Assembly (NCBI RefSeq): GCF_000020385.1
Contig: NC_010814.1
Span: 3,570,001-3,602,000, forward strand
Source: Trichlorobacter lovleyi SZ
GTDB lineage: Bacteria > Desulfobacterota > Desulfuromonadia > Geobacterales > Pseudopelobacteraceae
DNA length: 32,000 nt
Reading direction: 5' to 3'
A program made the position numbers and the translations under genes. The notes beneath the pieces are model-generated. The model was not told the DNA's origin, made no database searches, and was given only the letters and a program-made list of their open reading frames with translations. How positions within the stretch are numbered: the first letter of the stretch is position 1; each line of letters starts with the position of its first letter. This document shows, in pieces, positions 1 through 8,972 of the stretch.

Positions 1-903
1 GACCGTTCCCTCTGCCTGCAGCGGCTGATTGCAGCACCACCAGACCTGCTGCATGCCTTCCATGCCTTTCACGCCGGACCAATAACCCGCAGTATGGCAC
101 ACACGCTTGGAGTTCCGTATCTGATCACCCTAACCGGCAGCGACCTGTTTGACCCAGCCTTGCGAGATCACCCCGAAACCCTGCTGGCCCTCAACGATGC
201 GACCAGCATTACCTGCTTTGACCACTTGGTGGCAGAACTTGCAACCCAGACATTCCCTCGGATTGCCGGCAAGCTGGTGGTGATCCCCCAAGGGGTTGAA
301 CCCTTTGCGGTTCCTGTCGCAGCGGAACGGACTACTGACCGTTTTTGCATCCTGCTGCCTGCAGCACTGCGGCCGGTCAAGGGGATCGACTACGCCATCA
401 CTCACCTGGCTCCGCTTGCAGCAGAGCGGCCCGAGCTGCGGCTCTGGATTGCCGGCGGGAGCCTTGACGACACGTATACTGAAGCAATAGAGAGGCAAGC
501 AGCCGGGCTGCCATGGGTAAAACTGTTAGGCGAGATCCCCCATCAGGAGATGGGAGCTCTCTATGCCGTTGCGGATCTGGTGCTGAACAGTTCGCAGTTT
601 GAGGGGGGAATGGCTAACGCCCTGCTGGAAGCCATGGCAATGGCAAAACCGGTACTGGCCCGTGATGTACCGGGCAACCGCTCACTGATCCACCATGGCA
701 GGACCGGCTGGCTCTACCGGGACGGCAGCGACTTATGCAACCAGACCAGACAACTGATGGATGATCCGGCACTGCGGGACACTGTTGCGCGTCAAGCCCG
801 GCAGCATGTTCTGACGCAGTACTCTCCGCAACAGGAGGCCGGTTTACTGATCCGGCTTTACCACTCTCTGCTGCCTGCCCCTGGCAGCGGTGGAGCAAAA
901 TAA
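1..903 (+). CDS. Glycosyltransferase family 4 (GT-B, Glycos_transf_1 type), 5'-truncated at window edge
   Basis: Frame 1 is open from nt 1, with no stop before the listed ATG at 94. The upstream residues DLLHAFHAFHAGP read like a GT4 N-domain. The C-terminal block FEGGMANALLEAMAMAKPVLARDVPGNRSLIHHGRTGWLY is typical of GT4. Stop TAA at 901-903 is followed by a hairpin. Confidence 0.8.
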   Translation, partial: DRSLCLQRLIAAPPDLLHAFHAFHAGPITRSMAHTLGVPYLITLTGSDLFDPALRDHPETLLALNDATSITCFDHLVAELATQTFPRIAGKLVVIPQGVEPFAVPVAAERTTDRFCILLPAALRPVKGIDYAITHLAPLAAERPELRLWIAGGSLDDTYTEAIERQAAGLPWVKLLGEIPHQEMGALYAVADLVLNSSQFEGGMANALLEAMAMAKPVLARDVPGNRSLIHHGRTGWLYRDGSDLCNQTRQLMDDPALRDTVARQARQHVLTQYSPQQEAGLLIRLYHSLLPAPGSGGAK

Positions 904-929
904 AAACGGGGAGCAGCAGCCCCCCGTTT
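904..929. terminator. Hairpin between convergent genes (GT4 on plus, OMP on minus)
   Basis: AAACGGGG (904-911) pairs with CCCCGTTT (922-929) around a 10-nt loop. It is flanked by an A-run on the left and TTTGTT on the right, so it could terminate both strands. Confidence 0.55.
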
Positions 930-960
930 GTTCCTGCAGTATAGACCAACCTATACAGTC

Positions 961-1722
961 CTAGAAGTTGATGTCCAGTTGGGTAGTAAAGGTCGGTTTG
1001 CCGCCGTACAGGGTCTTCTGGAAGGGGTTGTAGAAGTTTGCGCCAACCAGCACAGAGACGTTTGGCGTAAAGGCCCAGGAAGCACCTGCAGAAAGCGCAC
1101 TGTAGTAGTTATTGCCGCCCATGTAGTCTACTGCCATCCAGAGTTTGTCAGAGATCTCACTCATGGTCCGGTCCCAGGAAACCAGCACGCCATTGTTGTA
1201 CTTATGGCCCAGGTTTTTCTCTGCCCCATTGTAACCACCTGCTGAAAGACGCCCAACTACCGGCAGGGTCTTGGCCACAAGTCCATACGCAACGTTGGAC
1301 ATGGTGTTGCCGGAAAGCCCGCGATCAAACGTACCGATACCATACATACCTGCAGCTAACGCCGGCATGCCTTTGAAGAAGGCATCTTCAGGAATGGCGC
1401 CTTTAAAGTTAAAGTAGATGGGATGCTTGCTGGCAATTGAATCATTGCCCTGAAGCCCGTCCGTCATGTAATCGACACCGATTTCCAGCTTGAATTTTTC
1501 AAAAGGGAGTACACCTACGGTCACACCGGCATCATAGGTATTAGCACCGGCATCGTTGGCATTCGAAAAACGGATATAGTTATCAATACTGATGTTGACC
1601 TCTTTGAAGCCTTTGGCATCGGTGGACGGAATCCAGATTTGTCCTGACGGTGTGGCCAGGGCTGCGGTAGCACAGGACAGGGTCAGGGCTGCTGCCAGGA
1701 TCATGCTGCGAACTGATTTCAT
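961..1722 (-). CDS. Small outer-membrane beta-barrel protein (porin-like), family not recognised
   Basis: Sec signal peptide MKSVRSMILAAALTLSCATAALA. Sequence is aromatic- and Gly-rich with an alternating pattern. The C-terminus ends QLDINF; a terminal Phe is the usual BAM recognition signature. Strong SD AGGAGG sits upstream of the ATG at 1722. Confidence 0.6.
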   Translation of the reverse strand: MKSVRSMILAAALTLSCATAALATPSGQIWIPSTDAKGFKEVNISIDNYIRFSNANDAGANTYDAGVTVGVLPFEKFKLEIGVDYMTDGLQGNDSIASKHPIYFNFKGAIPEDAFFKGMPALAAGMYGIGTFDRGLSGNTMSNVAYGLVAKTLPVVGRLSAGGYNGAEKNLGHKYNNGVLVSWDRTMSEISDKLWMAVDYMGGNNYYSALSAGASWAFTPNVSVLVGANFYNPFQKTLYGGKPTFTTQLDINF

Positions 1723-1972
1723 AAGTACTCCTCCTATGGGGGGTGATTGGCACCTGCATAAAGCGGATCAAATGCGCCGTTGTTGACATTGCTGTAACAG
1801 TAAGCGTGCCAATAATGAGCACAAATTTGGTTGCAGTTGTTTGGCATTTGATTACAATAGGTTACAAACAGGAGCAATTGGAACCTGATGCACTTAATCG
1901 CACCACGCCCATGCAACATGACCATTTATTCAGCATTTCGTGCCCTATTGTGCAGCACCCAGGAGTTAGACC

Positions 1973-3016
1973 ATGCCCAACTATCTTGCATTTGCCAGTG
2001 ACAACTACGCCGGTGTCTGCCCGGAGGCCTGGCAGGCCATGGCAGAGGCCAATACCGGTTTTGTCAGTTCCTATGGTGACGACCCCTGGACCGCTCAAGC
2101 CTGCAGCCTGATTCGGGATACTTTTGAGACTGACTGCCAGGTGTTTTTTGTCTTTAACGGCACAGCAGCCAACTCTCTGGCCCTGGCCTCGCTCTGCCAG
2201 TCCTACCACAGCGTGATCTGCCATGAGCTGGCACATATCGAGACCGATGAATGCGGGGCCCCGGAGTTTTTCTCCAACGGCACCAAGATCCTGACTGCAC
2301 CTGGAGCAGAGGGCAAACTTGACCTTGCTGCGGTTGAGCAGCTGATTACGCGGCGGTCCGACATCCATTATCCCAAACCACGGGTGCTCTGTCTGACCCA
2401 GGCAACAGAACTGGGCACCGTCTATACCCCTGCGGAAGTGGATGCGGCAGGTGCTTTTGCCAGACAGCACGGCCTGCGTCTGCAGATGGATGGCGCCCGC
2501 TTTGCCAATGCCGTAGCCTCACTGGGCTGCCATCCCGGTGACATTACCTGGCGTGCAGGGGTGGATCTGCTCTGTTTTGGTGGTGCAAAAAACGGGATGG
2601 CGGTGGGAGAGGCGGTTGTTTTTTTCAAAAAGGAGCTGGCAGAGGAGTTTGATTACCGCTGCAAACAGGCCGGACAGCTAGCCTCAAAGATGCGCTTTCT
2701 GGCAGCGCCCTGGAGCGGCATGCTGCAAAATAATGCATGGATCAAACGGGCAACCCATGCCAATCGCTGTGCCCAAACCCTGGCAGATCAGCTTCGGGCA
2801 ATACCACAGGTAGAACTCATGTTTCCGGTACAGGCCAATGCGGTTTTTGTCAGCATGCCGCAAGCCCTGATCGACTCGCTGCACCGGCTGGGTTGGCATT
2901 TCTACAGTTTTATCGGCGCCGGTGGTGCCCGTCTGATGTGCTCATGGGCAACCGAGGAGAGCTACATTGAGGCATTGGTGAGTGATATTAGTGAATTATC
3001 GGGACATAGCTGCTGA
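1973..3016 (+). CDS. ltaE: Low-specificity L-threonine aldolase (Pseudomonas type, beta-eliminating lyase fold)
   Basis: Near-collinear with my recollection of Pseudomonas LtaE. Shared blocks: FASDNYAGVCPEAW, FNGTAANSLAL, SYHSVICHE, ETDECGAPEFFSNG, DIHYPKPRV, LCFGGAKNGMAVGEAVVFF, DYRCKQAGQLASKMRFL. SD AGGAG is upstream of the ATG at 1973. Confidence 0.9.
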   Translation: MPNYLAFASDNYAGVCPEAWQAMAEANTGFVSSYGDDPWTAQACSLIRDTFETDCQVFFVFNGTAANSLALASLCQSYHSVICHELAHIETDECGAPEFFSNGTKILTAPGAEGKLDLAAVEQLITRRSDIHYPKPRVLCLTQATELGTVYTPAEVDAAGAFARQHGLRLQMDGARFANAVASLGCHPGDITWRAGVDLLCFGGAKNGMAVGEAVVFFKKELAEEFDYRCKQAGQLASKMRFLAAPWSGMLQNNAWIKRATHANRCAQTLADQLRAIPQVELMFPVQANAVFVSMPQALIDSLHRLGWHFYSFIGAGGARLMCSWATEESYIEALVSDISELSGHSC

Positions 3017-3406
3017 TATTTCCTGTACCAGTTCTCTGGCATCCAGCAGTTCCGCCTTTCTATCAGGCGTCACGAGCCAGGTGCCATAGCTGTCCTGCTC
3101 AAGTCTGACCGGTGCCTCCAATACCACGCTGGAAACCTGCCCCACCTGAAGGGCCAGTCCCCCTAACCGCAGGTCCAGCACAACCAGCTTCTCCGGCGCC
3201 TGTTCCGGTTCCTCCCCGACATACCAGGCAAGGTCAACCACCGCTGCAACTACTCCGGCAGACCGGACAGCCCCCAGGCACCAGACCGGGGCACGGGGCA
3301 CCGGCGACAGAGGGCGCAACTCACTTACCTCGGACACCTGTTCAAGAGGCAGGGCATAGTTCTGGCTGCCGGCCTGCAGCACCAGAAAACGCCGGACCTC
3401 ACTCAT
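2996..3406 (-). CDS. cheW: Chemotaxis coupling protein CheW
   Basis: 136-aa single CheW domain: [21 protein letters not shown]...[25 protein letters not shown]. Its ATG overlaps the MCP stop (ATGA at 3403-3406), indicating translational coupling. Confidence 0.85.
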   Translation of the reverse strand: MSEVRRFLVLQAGSQNYALPLEQVSEVSELRPLSPVPRAPVWCLGAVRSAGVVAAVVDLAWYVGEEPEQAPEKLVVLDLRLGGLALQVGQVSSVVLEAPVRLEQDSYGTWLVTPDRKAELLDARELVQEISAAMSR

Positions 3407-4695
3407 ACTGTTTCCACCAGCTCAATGGTTTCCTCCAGGGTAAAACGCCGCACCAGCCGTTCCAGTTCATCGGCCAGCTGGGTCAGTTCTCTGGTTGCCA
3501 GGGCCATATCCTGCATGGCAGCCAGCTGTTCTTCCGTAGCAGCCGAGACCTCTTCCGTGGCAGCGGCATTATCATCCGCAACCCTGGCGATCTCATCAAC
3601 GGCCTGCACCATCTTACCTGCCCCTTCCAACTGCATCTGCGACAGATCGGCAATACTGTTGGCCCGCCGCTCGGTGTCCTGAACACTGGCAATAATCTCA
3701 CCAAAGGCGTTGGCCGTGATATCGACGTTCTTCTTGCCGTCATGGATCATGCGGGAACTCTCCAGCAGGCTCTCATGCACCCGTTGGCTCTCATCACGCA
3801 AGGTCGCGATCAGGTCGGTGATCTCACCTACAGAATGGGAAGTACTGTCGGCCAGCTTACGGACCTCATCAGCCACTACGGCAAAGCCTTTGCCATATTC
3901 ACCGGCCCGCACCGCCTCAATCGAGGCGTTCAGGGCCAACAGATTGGTCTGACGGGCAACTTCTCCAATAAAATCAGCCACCTTACCTACCCGTTGCAGA
4001 CGACTGTTAAGCTGGTCAAAACGGGTGCTGAGCTCTTCGGTCCGCACGAAAAACTCTTTCATCAACAGCAGGGCAGCACCGGCCAGATCAGCGCCCCGCC
4101 TGGCCGTCTGACTGGTTTCACGGGCACAGCGGGAACTTTCCCGGGCGCGGGAGGCCACCAGCTCAATCGAGATCGCTGTCTCTTTGATAATGCGGGAACT
4201 GCGTTCAACCAGTTCAGCCTGGGTCTCAGCGCCATGGGAGATCTGTTCAATGGCCCGGGCCACCTCTTCGGTAGAAGCACTGATCTCCACGGCGGTGCCG
4301 TTAATCTCCTTGGAAGAGCCGGCCAGCTTGGCGGAACTGCTCCGGATATGCCCGACCAGATCCCGCAGATTCTGGATCATCTGGTTAATAGCCGCGGTCA
4401 GTTCATGGGTTTCATCCGGCGTGCTGGTAGGGGGCAGTTGAATATCACAGGAGAGGTCACCCTGGCTGACCTCATGGGCGGACTCCGTTAACATTCCGAT
4501 ATTACGGGCAAACCTTCTCGAAAAGAGCCATCCCATGATCAGGCCCACGGTCAGGGCGACCACAATAGTCAAAAACTGCGTAACGTCAGGAGAATAGCCC
4601 AGTGCCGCAACCACCGGCGGAGCAAAGGCCACCACCGCCACAACGGCAACAAAGCCGAGGATGAATTTATACCCGAGGGGCACCCGTACCCGCAT
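3403..4695 (-). CDS. Methyl-accepting chemotaxis protein: two TM helices with a loop of about 8 aa, HAMP, MA signalling domain
   Basis: TM1 [23 protein letters not shown], loop [10 protein letters not shown]2 [18 protein letters not shown], then HAMP. Conserved signalling hairpin: [41 protein letters not shown] chose the ATG at 4695 because GGAG lies 6 nt upstream. The track start at 4701 abuts the SD directly. Confidence 0.9.
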   Translation of the reverse strand: MRVRVPLGYKFILGFVAVVAVVAFAPPVVAALGYSPDVTQFLTIVVALTVGLIMGWLFSRRFARNIGMLTESAHEVSQGDLSCDIQLPPTSTPDETHELTAAINQMIQNLRDLVGHIRSSSAKLAGSSKEINGTAVEISASTEEVARAIEQISHGAETQAELVERSSRIIKETAISIELVASRARESSRCARETSQTARRGADLAGAALLLMKEFFVRTEELSTRFDQLNSRLQRVGKVADFIGEVARQTNLLALNASIEAVRAGEYGKGFAVVADEVRKLADSTSHSVGEITDLIATLRDESQRVHESLLESSRMIHDGKKNVDITANAFGEIIASVQDTERRANSIADLSQMQLEGAGKMVQAVDEIARVADDNAAATEEVSAATEEQLAAMQDMALATRELTQLADELERLVRRFTLEETIELVETV

Positions 4696-4705
4696 AATCA
4701 TCTCC

Positions 4706-5539
4706 TCATCTGCGAGAGTAAATTCGTTCTACCGGATCAAAGGCGGCAAACCTGCCCCGCAGGGACGCCGGCATACTCTCGGATTTGCCGAGCACCAGTA
4801 TACCATTCTGCGGCAAAATATCCGCAATGGCGTGCAGAATTTTTTCCTGGGCCGATCGTTTGAAATATATCAGGGTATTGCGGCAAAGAACGAGATCTGC
4901 CAACGGGTAACTCTCAATCTGCTGCAGGTCCATCTGCCTGAACCTGACCATTGAGCGCACTTGCGGGCAAAGCAGAAAGCCGCCTTCGGTCTCCGAAAAA
5001 AACCGGGCCTGACGGTCGGCAGAGACTTCACGCAGGGACGACGCTGCATAGAGGGCGCTCCGGGCCCGGGCCAGCGTACTGCTGTCTATATCAGTCGCCA
5101 GAATTTCGAACGGCACCTGCGGAGCCTGTTCACCATACAGCTCTGCAAGCAGTATGACCAGTGAGTATGGCTCCTCTCCGGCAGCACAGCCGATGCTCCA
5201 ATAGCGCTGCGGCTGGCCTGCGGCGCGCCGTACCAGTGCCGGTAGAACGACCGTTTGCAGTGTTTTAAACAGGCTTGGATTCCGGAAAAACTGGCTGACA
5301 TGGATCATCAGGGAGGCGTTCAACCGTTCCCGCTCCGCCGGATTGGCACCGAGAAGCTGCAGATACTGGTTAACATCCCGGCAACCGCTGCGCCTGATCC
5401 TGGAGGCAACCCGCCTTTTGATGCAGGACTCCTTATAGGCATCAACTACCGGCAGACCGAAGATTGCCGTAAGTTGCTCACGGTCCAGATCCGGCAGGAA
5501 ATCTTGTGTTCCAAACAGCTCCACCGGCACTCCATTCAT
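4706..5539 (-). CDS. cheR: Chemotaxis protein methyltransferase CheR
   Basis: CheR hallmarks: [62 protein letters not shown]. The listed 510-aa ORF is trimmed to the internal ATG at 5539 ([10 protein letters not shown]...). The upstream 233 codons are low-complexity and antisense to the 5621-6415 gene. There is no good SD at 5539, so the start is uncertain. Confidence 0.85.
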   Translation of the reverse strand: MNGVPVELFGTQDFLPDLDREQLTAIFGLPVVDAYKESCIKRRVASRIRRSGCRDVNQYLQLLGANPAERERLNASLMIHVSQFFRNPSLFKTLQTVVLPALVRRAAGQPQRYWSIGCAAGEEPYSLVILLAELYGEQAPQVPFEILATDIDSSTLARARSALYAASSLREVSADRQARFFSETEGGFLLCPQVRSMVRFRQMDLQQIESYPLADLVLCRNTLIYFKRSAQEKILHAIADILPQNGILVLGKSESMPASLRGRFAAFDPVERIYSRR

Positions 5540-5620
5540 GGCGCAGACAATAAAATTGGTGTAGAGTTTGATTGTTGTTGTACCATGCGGTACCTTTACC
5601 CGCAACTGGACTGAAAGATC

Positions 5621-6415
5621 ATGAGCCCCCAGGATACCGATACTGCCTTTGATGAACTCCGCCTGATACACCGTGCGCTGAACGGCAGTAAAGAAGAGCT
5701 GTTTCAGCTGCTGGAACGGCCATCTCCGGATATCCTGCGGGCAGCCTTGCGTAACCCGGCCCTGGACGAAGGGCACCTGCTGGCACTGCTGCGCCACACC
5801 GGCCTGCACCCGGATCTGTTTACCCTGCTGCACCAGCAGCACGAGCCACCTGCCGGTAACTATCAGGTACTTTTTGCACTGGCACAGCATGCCGAGGTGC
5901 CGGCCCATATTGTCAGTGCCCTGCTGCCCCGGCTCTACCTGTTTGACCTGCTGAAACTCTGTTGTCTGCCAAGCATCCCGCAGGACCAGAGGGTAGCAGC
6001 TGAGCGAGCCATTATTCAACGAATACCAACCCAGCCACTGGGCAACAAACTTACCCTGGCCCGCAGAGGCACCGCTGCCATTGTTGAGGCGTTGCTGAAA
6101 GAGGGCCAACCGCAGCTGGTGGCGGCCTGCCTGGACAACCCCCACCTGAAGGAGGGAGCTGTCCATCAGTTTCTTGCCTCTGCCGCCGCCACTGCCGAGA
6201 CAATCTCCCAGATCGCCCGCCACAACCGCTGGAAACATCGTCCGGAACTGCAGCAGGCCATCCTGAAAAATCCCCGTACACCGGCTATCTGGTTCACGCT
6301 GTTTTTACCACGGCTGCCCCGCTCTGTGGTCAAGAACCTGGCCCTTTCGCCACGCCTGGCCCACCACCAGAAGCTATTGGTTAGCGAAGCACTTGGAGGT
6401 AAAAAACAGACATGA
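5621..6415 (+). CDS. Hypothetical alpha-helical repeat protein (LRV/HEAT-like repeats)
   Basis: Recurrent helical repeat with an NP motif: ALRNPALDEGHLLALL, CLDNPHLKEGAVHQFL, ILKNPRTPAIWFTLFL. No signal peptide seen. Its stop overlaps the next start (ATGA at 6412-6415). Confidence 0.55.
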   Translation: MSPQDTDTAFDELRLIHRALNGSKEELFQLLERPSPDILRAALRNPALDEGHLLALLRHTGLHPDLFTLLHQQHEPPAGNYQVLFALAQHAEVPAHIVSALLPRLYLFDLLKLCCLPSIPQDQRVAAERAIIQRIPTQPLGNKLTLARRGTAAIVEALLKEGQPQLVAACLDNPHLKEGAVHQFLASAAATAETISQIARHNRWKHRPELQQAILKNPRTPAIWFTLFLPRLPRSVVKNLALSPRLAHHQKLLVSEALGGKKQT

Positions 6416-7236
6416 TCCTGCGCATTGGTATCCTGCTACTATTCTGCTGCTGCATTGGCCCGCTAAAGGCCATGGCAGCAGATCTGCCCGGTTTTGCTGT
6501 TGCCGGAAAGCCAACCCCGGTATTTAACACCGCCCAATCAGCCCTGCCACTGGCAAAACAGCAGACAGATCACTGTGGTCAAATGCGGCAACTTGAATTC
6601 ATCGCCCTGCCCGGCACGACATTTGAGGTGATTGCCGCTCCAGCCGGCATCCCTGGTGTATTGGAGGTACATACCAACGAATATCAGGCACCGCCGGGAA
6701 CTCGGCTGTATGTTACTGCTGATCTGCTGACCCTGCAGCCAACAGCACCACCCAGGCGGATACCACAGCTACCGGCACCAGCCAGAATCATGCAGCAGTT
6801 GCGCAGCGCCGTGGGGCTGCCCTATGTCTGGGGAGGAAACCGGCGTGGTGGTGTCATACAAGCCGGACAGGTGCGATTTGCCGGGCTGGACTGTTCAGGA
6901 CTTTTGTATGAGGCTACCGATGGCTTCGCACCCCGCAATACCGAGCAGCTGGTGGATTTTGGCAAGGCAGTCGCCATTGAGGGGAAAAACCTCCTGGAAT
7001 TGCTGCAGTTGCTACGCCCCCTTGACCTGATTGTCTGGAAGGGGCATGTCATTATTGTGCTGGATCAGAAAACAACAGTGGAAAGTATCTTGAACTGCAG
7101 TGGGGGGAGTGATGGCGTTGTGACAACCCCGCTGGAAAAGCGGCTGAAGCAGTTGCTGAAACAGCGCAAACCAGCCAACAGCTGGCCTGCCGGTGCCGGC
7201 AAATCAGCACATTTCGTGGTCCGCAGGTGGATTTAA
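6412..7236 (+). CDS. Secreted NlpC/P60 (C40) cell-wall peptidase with N-terminal SH3b-like domain
   Basis: Signal peptide MILRIGILLLFCCCIGPLKAMA. Catalytic region LPYVWGGN...GLDCSGLLYEA supplies the Cys, and DLIVWKGHVIIV supplies the His. Confidence 0.8.
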   Translation: MILRIGILLLFCCCIGPLKAMAADLPGFAVAGKPTPVFNTAQSALPLAKQQTDHCGQMRQLEFIALPGTTFEVIAAPAGIPGVLEVHTNEYQAPPGTRLYVTADLLTLQPTAPPRRIPQLPAPARIMQQLRSAVGLPYVWGGNRRGGVIQAGQVRFAGLDCSGLLYEATDGFAPRNTEQLVDFGKAVAIEGKNLLELLQLLRPLDLIVWKGHVIIVLDQKTTVESILNCSGGSDGVVTTPLEKRLKQLLKQRKPANSWPAGAGKSAHFVVRRWI

Positions 7237-7982
7237 GCTTTTTTCTTTTTCTCTGGCACCGGTAATTTTAATTTGCGCAGCACCTGCTCCATATCGCTCC
7301 AGACATCCCAGTAATGCTGCTTGTTTTCCTTGTTATGCAGCAGGAACGAAGGGTGAAAGGTCGGCATCACCGGAATGCCGTGCCAGCTGTGAAACTGCCC
7401 CCGCATCCGGGAGATCGGTTCCTTGGTCTCCAGCAGGGTCTGGGCGGCAAAGGTCCCCAGGGCCACAATTACCTCCGGCTTGATAATCTGCAGCTGCTGC
7501 TGTAAAAACGGCGAGCAGGTGGCAATTTCATCTTTATGGGGATTACGATTGGCGGGAGGGCGGCACTTCAACACATTACAGATGTAGACCTGGGTCCGCT
7601 TTAACCCCATTGCCTCAATCAGACGGGTCAAGACCTGGCCGGCCTCTCCCACAAACGGTTGTCCCTGCCGGTCCTCGTCAGCTCCGGGAGCCTCTCCCAC
7701 AAACACCAGCCGGGCCTTTTCAGGGCCTGCCCCAAACACCAGATTGGTACGGGATTGGGCAAGATCGCAACGCTGGCAGTCACCAATCTTCCGGCGCAGC
7801 CCTTCAAGGCCCTGGAGGACGGCAGGCAGCGGCTGTTCCTGGCGCTGCTGCTCAGGCTCCCGGCCTCTGTTCACCGTCTGCTGCAACTCCTCAAACGGCA
7901 GTCCGTCAACACCGCTCTCTTCCAGCTCCTGCAGATATTCGCGCACCGAGGCGTACATGCTCTGGGGGTGCAGTCTGTTCAT
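7233..7982 (-). CDS. Uracil-DNA glycosylase, family 4
   Basis: Family-4 motifs: CQRCDL, LVFVGEAPGADEDRQGQPFVGEAG, VYICNVLKCRPPANRNP, FHPSFLL. The stop shares the TTAA at 7233-7236 with the convergent NlpC/P60 gene. Confidence 0.9.
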   Translation of the reverse strand: MNRLHPQSMYASVREYLQELEESGVDGLPFEELQQTVNRGREPEQQRQEQPLPAVLQGLEGLRRKIGDCQRCDLAQSRTNLVFGAGPEKARLVFVGEAPGADEDRQGQPFVGEAGQVLTRLIEAMGLKRTQVYICNVLKCRPPANRNPHKDEIATCSPFLQQQLQIIKPEVIVALGTFAAQTLLETKEPISRMRGQFHSWHGIPVMPTFHPSFLLHNKENKQHYWDVWSDMEQVLRKLKLPVPEKKKKA

Positions 7983-7998
7983 GGCGCAAACCTCATCT

Positions 7999-8027
7999 TT
8001 GCTTTTAGCTTCATCCTGCAGTATGCT
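7999..8027 (+). promoter_or_regulatory. Candidate sigma70-type promoter placing the TSS at or next to the ATG at 8034 (possible leaderless mRNA)
   Basis: TTGCTT (7999-8004), 17-nt spacer, TATGCT (8022-8027). The -10 ends 6 nt before the ATG at 8034, and no SD-like purine run lies upstream. This rests on a pattern match only. Confidence 0.3.
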
Positions 8028-8033
8028 GAAACA

Positions 8034-8972
8034 ATGCCTGTACTACTCTTGACATCGTTCTTGATCCTGCTCTTCCCAACCAGCGGTCTTGCCTGGGGAG
8101 GCGGCACCCATCTGCTGATCGGTCTTGATGTGTTGTCCCGGCTGCAGCAGTTGCCGCCCCAGCTTGCCACCCTGCTGGGAGGCTACGCCAATGACTTCCT
8201 CTATGGTTGCCTGGCGGCTGATATCATTGTAGGCAAAAAGCATACCCACTACCTGTTGAACTGTCACCGCTGGCGGGTGGGGGCACGACTGCTGCAGTCT
8301 GCCCAGGATGATCCGCAACGGGCCTGCGCCTATGGCTATCTCTGCCATCTGGCAGCCGATGTGGTGGCCCACAACTACTACGTGCCGTACAAGACCATCC
8401 GCTCCTTCTCAACCATTGCCCTGCGGCACACCTACTGGGAACTGCGTTTTGAATCCTTTATCGAGCCGCAGATCTGGGAACGCGCCCAGGAGATCTGCCG
8501 GGCCGGCCGCCCCCATGACGACGCCCTGCTGCGCCGGGTTATGGCACCGACCCTGTTTTCCTTTGGCAACAACAAGCGGATCTTCAACTCGATTCTGCTG
8601 CTCTCGCGGCTCGAGCGCTGGCAGCTGCTGATCAAGGCACTTTCCACCCGCTCACAGCACAGTCTTACCTTTGAAGACCGCCAGGAGTATCTGAAAGTTA
8701 CCATGGAAGTGGTGATGGACCTCTTGACCCATGGTGAGGAGTCATTCTGCTGGCTGGCTGATCCTACGGGAGAGGCGGCCCTGGAGGTTGCGCAGGAGAT
8801 GCGGCGTCATCTGCGCTTTCTGTACAAGAGTGGTCGTTTTACCCGTGAAGAGGGGATGGAGCGGGTTGAGTTCATCAAGCCTACCCTCAAGCGCTCGATC
8901 CACCACCCGGAACTGCTGGCAATCCTGAAAGGGGCCTGCCACGAATCAAGCTCACCTTTTATCCTGCAGTAG
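8034..8972 (+). CDS. Secreted zinc-dependent phospholipase C / S1-P1 nuclease-fold family protein
   Basis: The listed ORF (7659-8972) is trimmed to the ATG at 8034. Upstream codons are antisense to the UDG gene. The N-terminus MPVLLLTSFLILLFPTSGLA|WGGGTHLL resembles a signal peptide whose cleavage would leave an N-terminal Trp followed by His. That arrangement matches the zinc-ligating Trp1 of Bacillus and Clostridium PLCs. Further His/Asp blocks: CLAADIIVGKKHTHY and CHLAADVVAHNYY. Confidence 0.65.
   Translation: MPVLLLTSFLILLFPTSGLAWGGGTHLLIGLDVLSRLQQLPPQLATLLGGYANDFLYGCLAADIIVGKKHTHYLLNCHRWRVGARLLQSAQDDPQRACAYGYLCHLAADVVAHNYYVPYKTIRSFSTIALRHTYWELRFESFIEPQIWERAQEICRAGRPHDDALLRRVMAPTLFSFGNNKRIFNSILLLSRLERWQLLIKALSTRSQHSLTFEDRQEYLKVTMEVVMDLLTHGEESFCWLADPTGEAALEVAQEMRRHLRFLYKSGRFTREEGMERVEFIKPTLKRSIHHPELLAILKGACHESSSPFILQ

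Noticed and set aside
1748-1764. TGGCAC at 1748-1753 as a sigma54 -24 element, and a second TGGCACG on the minus strand near 1806-1820
   Set aside because: Neither has a GC dinucleotide or TTGC at the required -12 spacing. The downstream bases are TAAA on the plus strand and CTGT on the minus strand.
3112-4491. 459-aa plus-strand ORF
   Set aside because: It is fully antisense to the well-supported MCP gene. The product is P/G/Q-rich low complexity with no recognisable domain. This is a typical shadow ORF in GC-rich, heptad-repeat coding DNA.
5540-6238. N-terminal 233 codons of the listed 510-aa minus-strand ORF (4706-6238)
   Set aside because: They are antisense to the repeat protein at 5621-6415, Q/G-rich and not CheR-like. 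CheR homology starts near the internal ATG at 5539.
7659-8033. Upstream 125 codons of the listed 437-aa ORF (7659-8972)
   Set aside because: They are antisense to the UDG gene and Pro/Leu/Gln-rich. The PLC-like domain and a signal-peptide-like N-terminus begin at the ATG at 8034.
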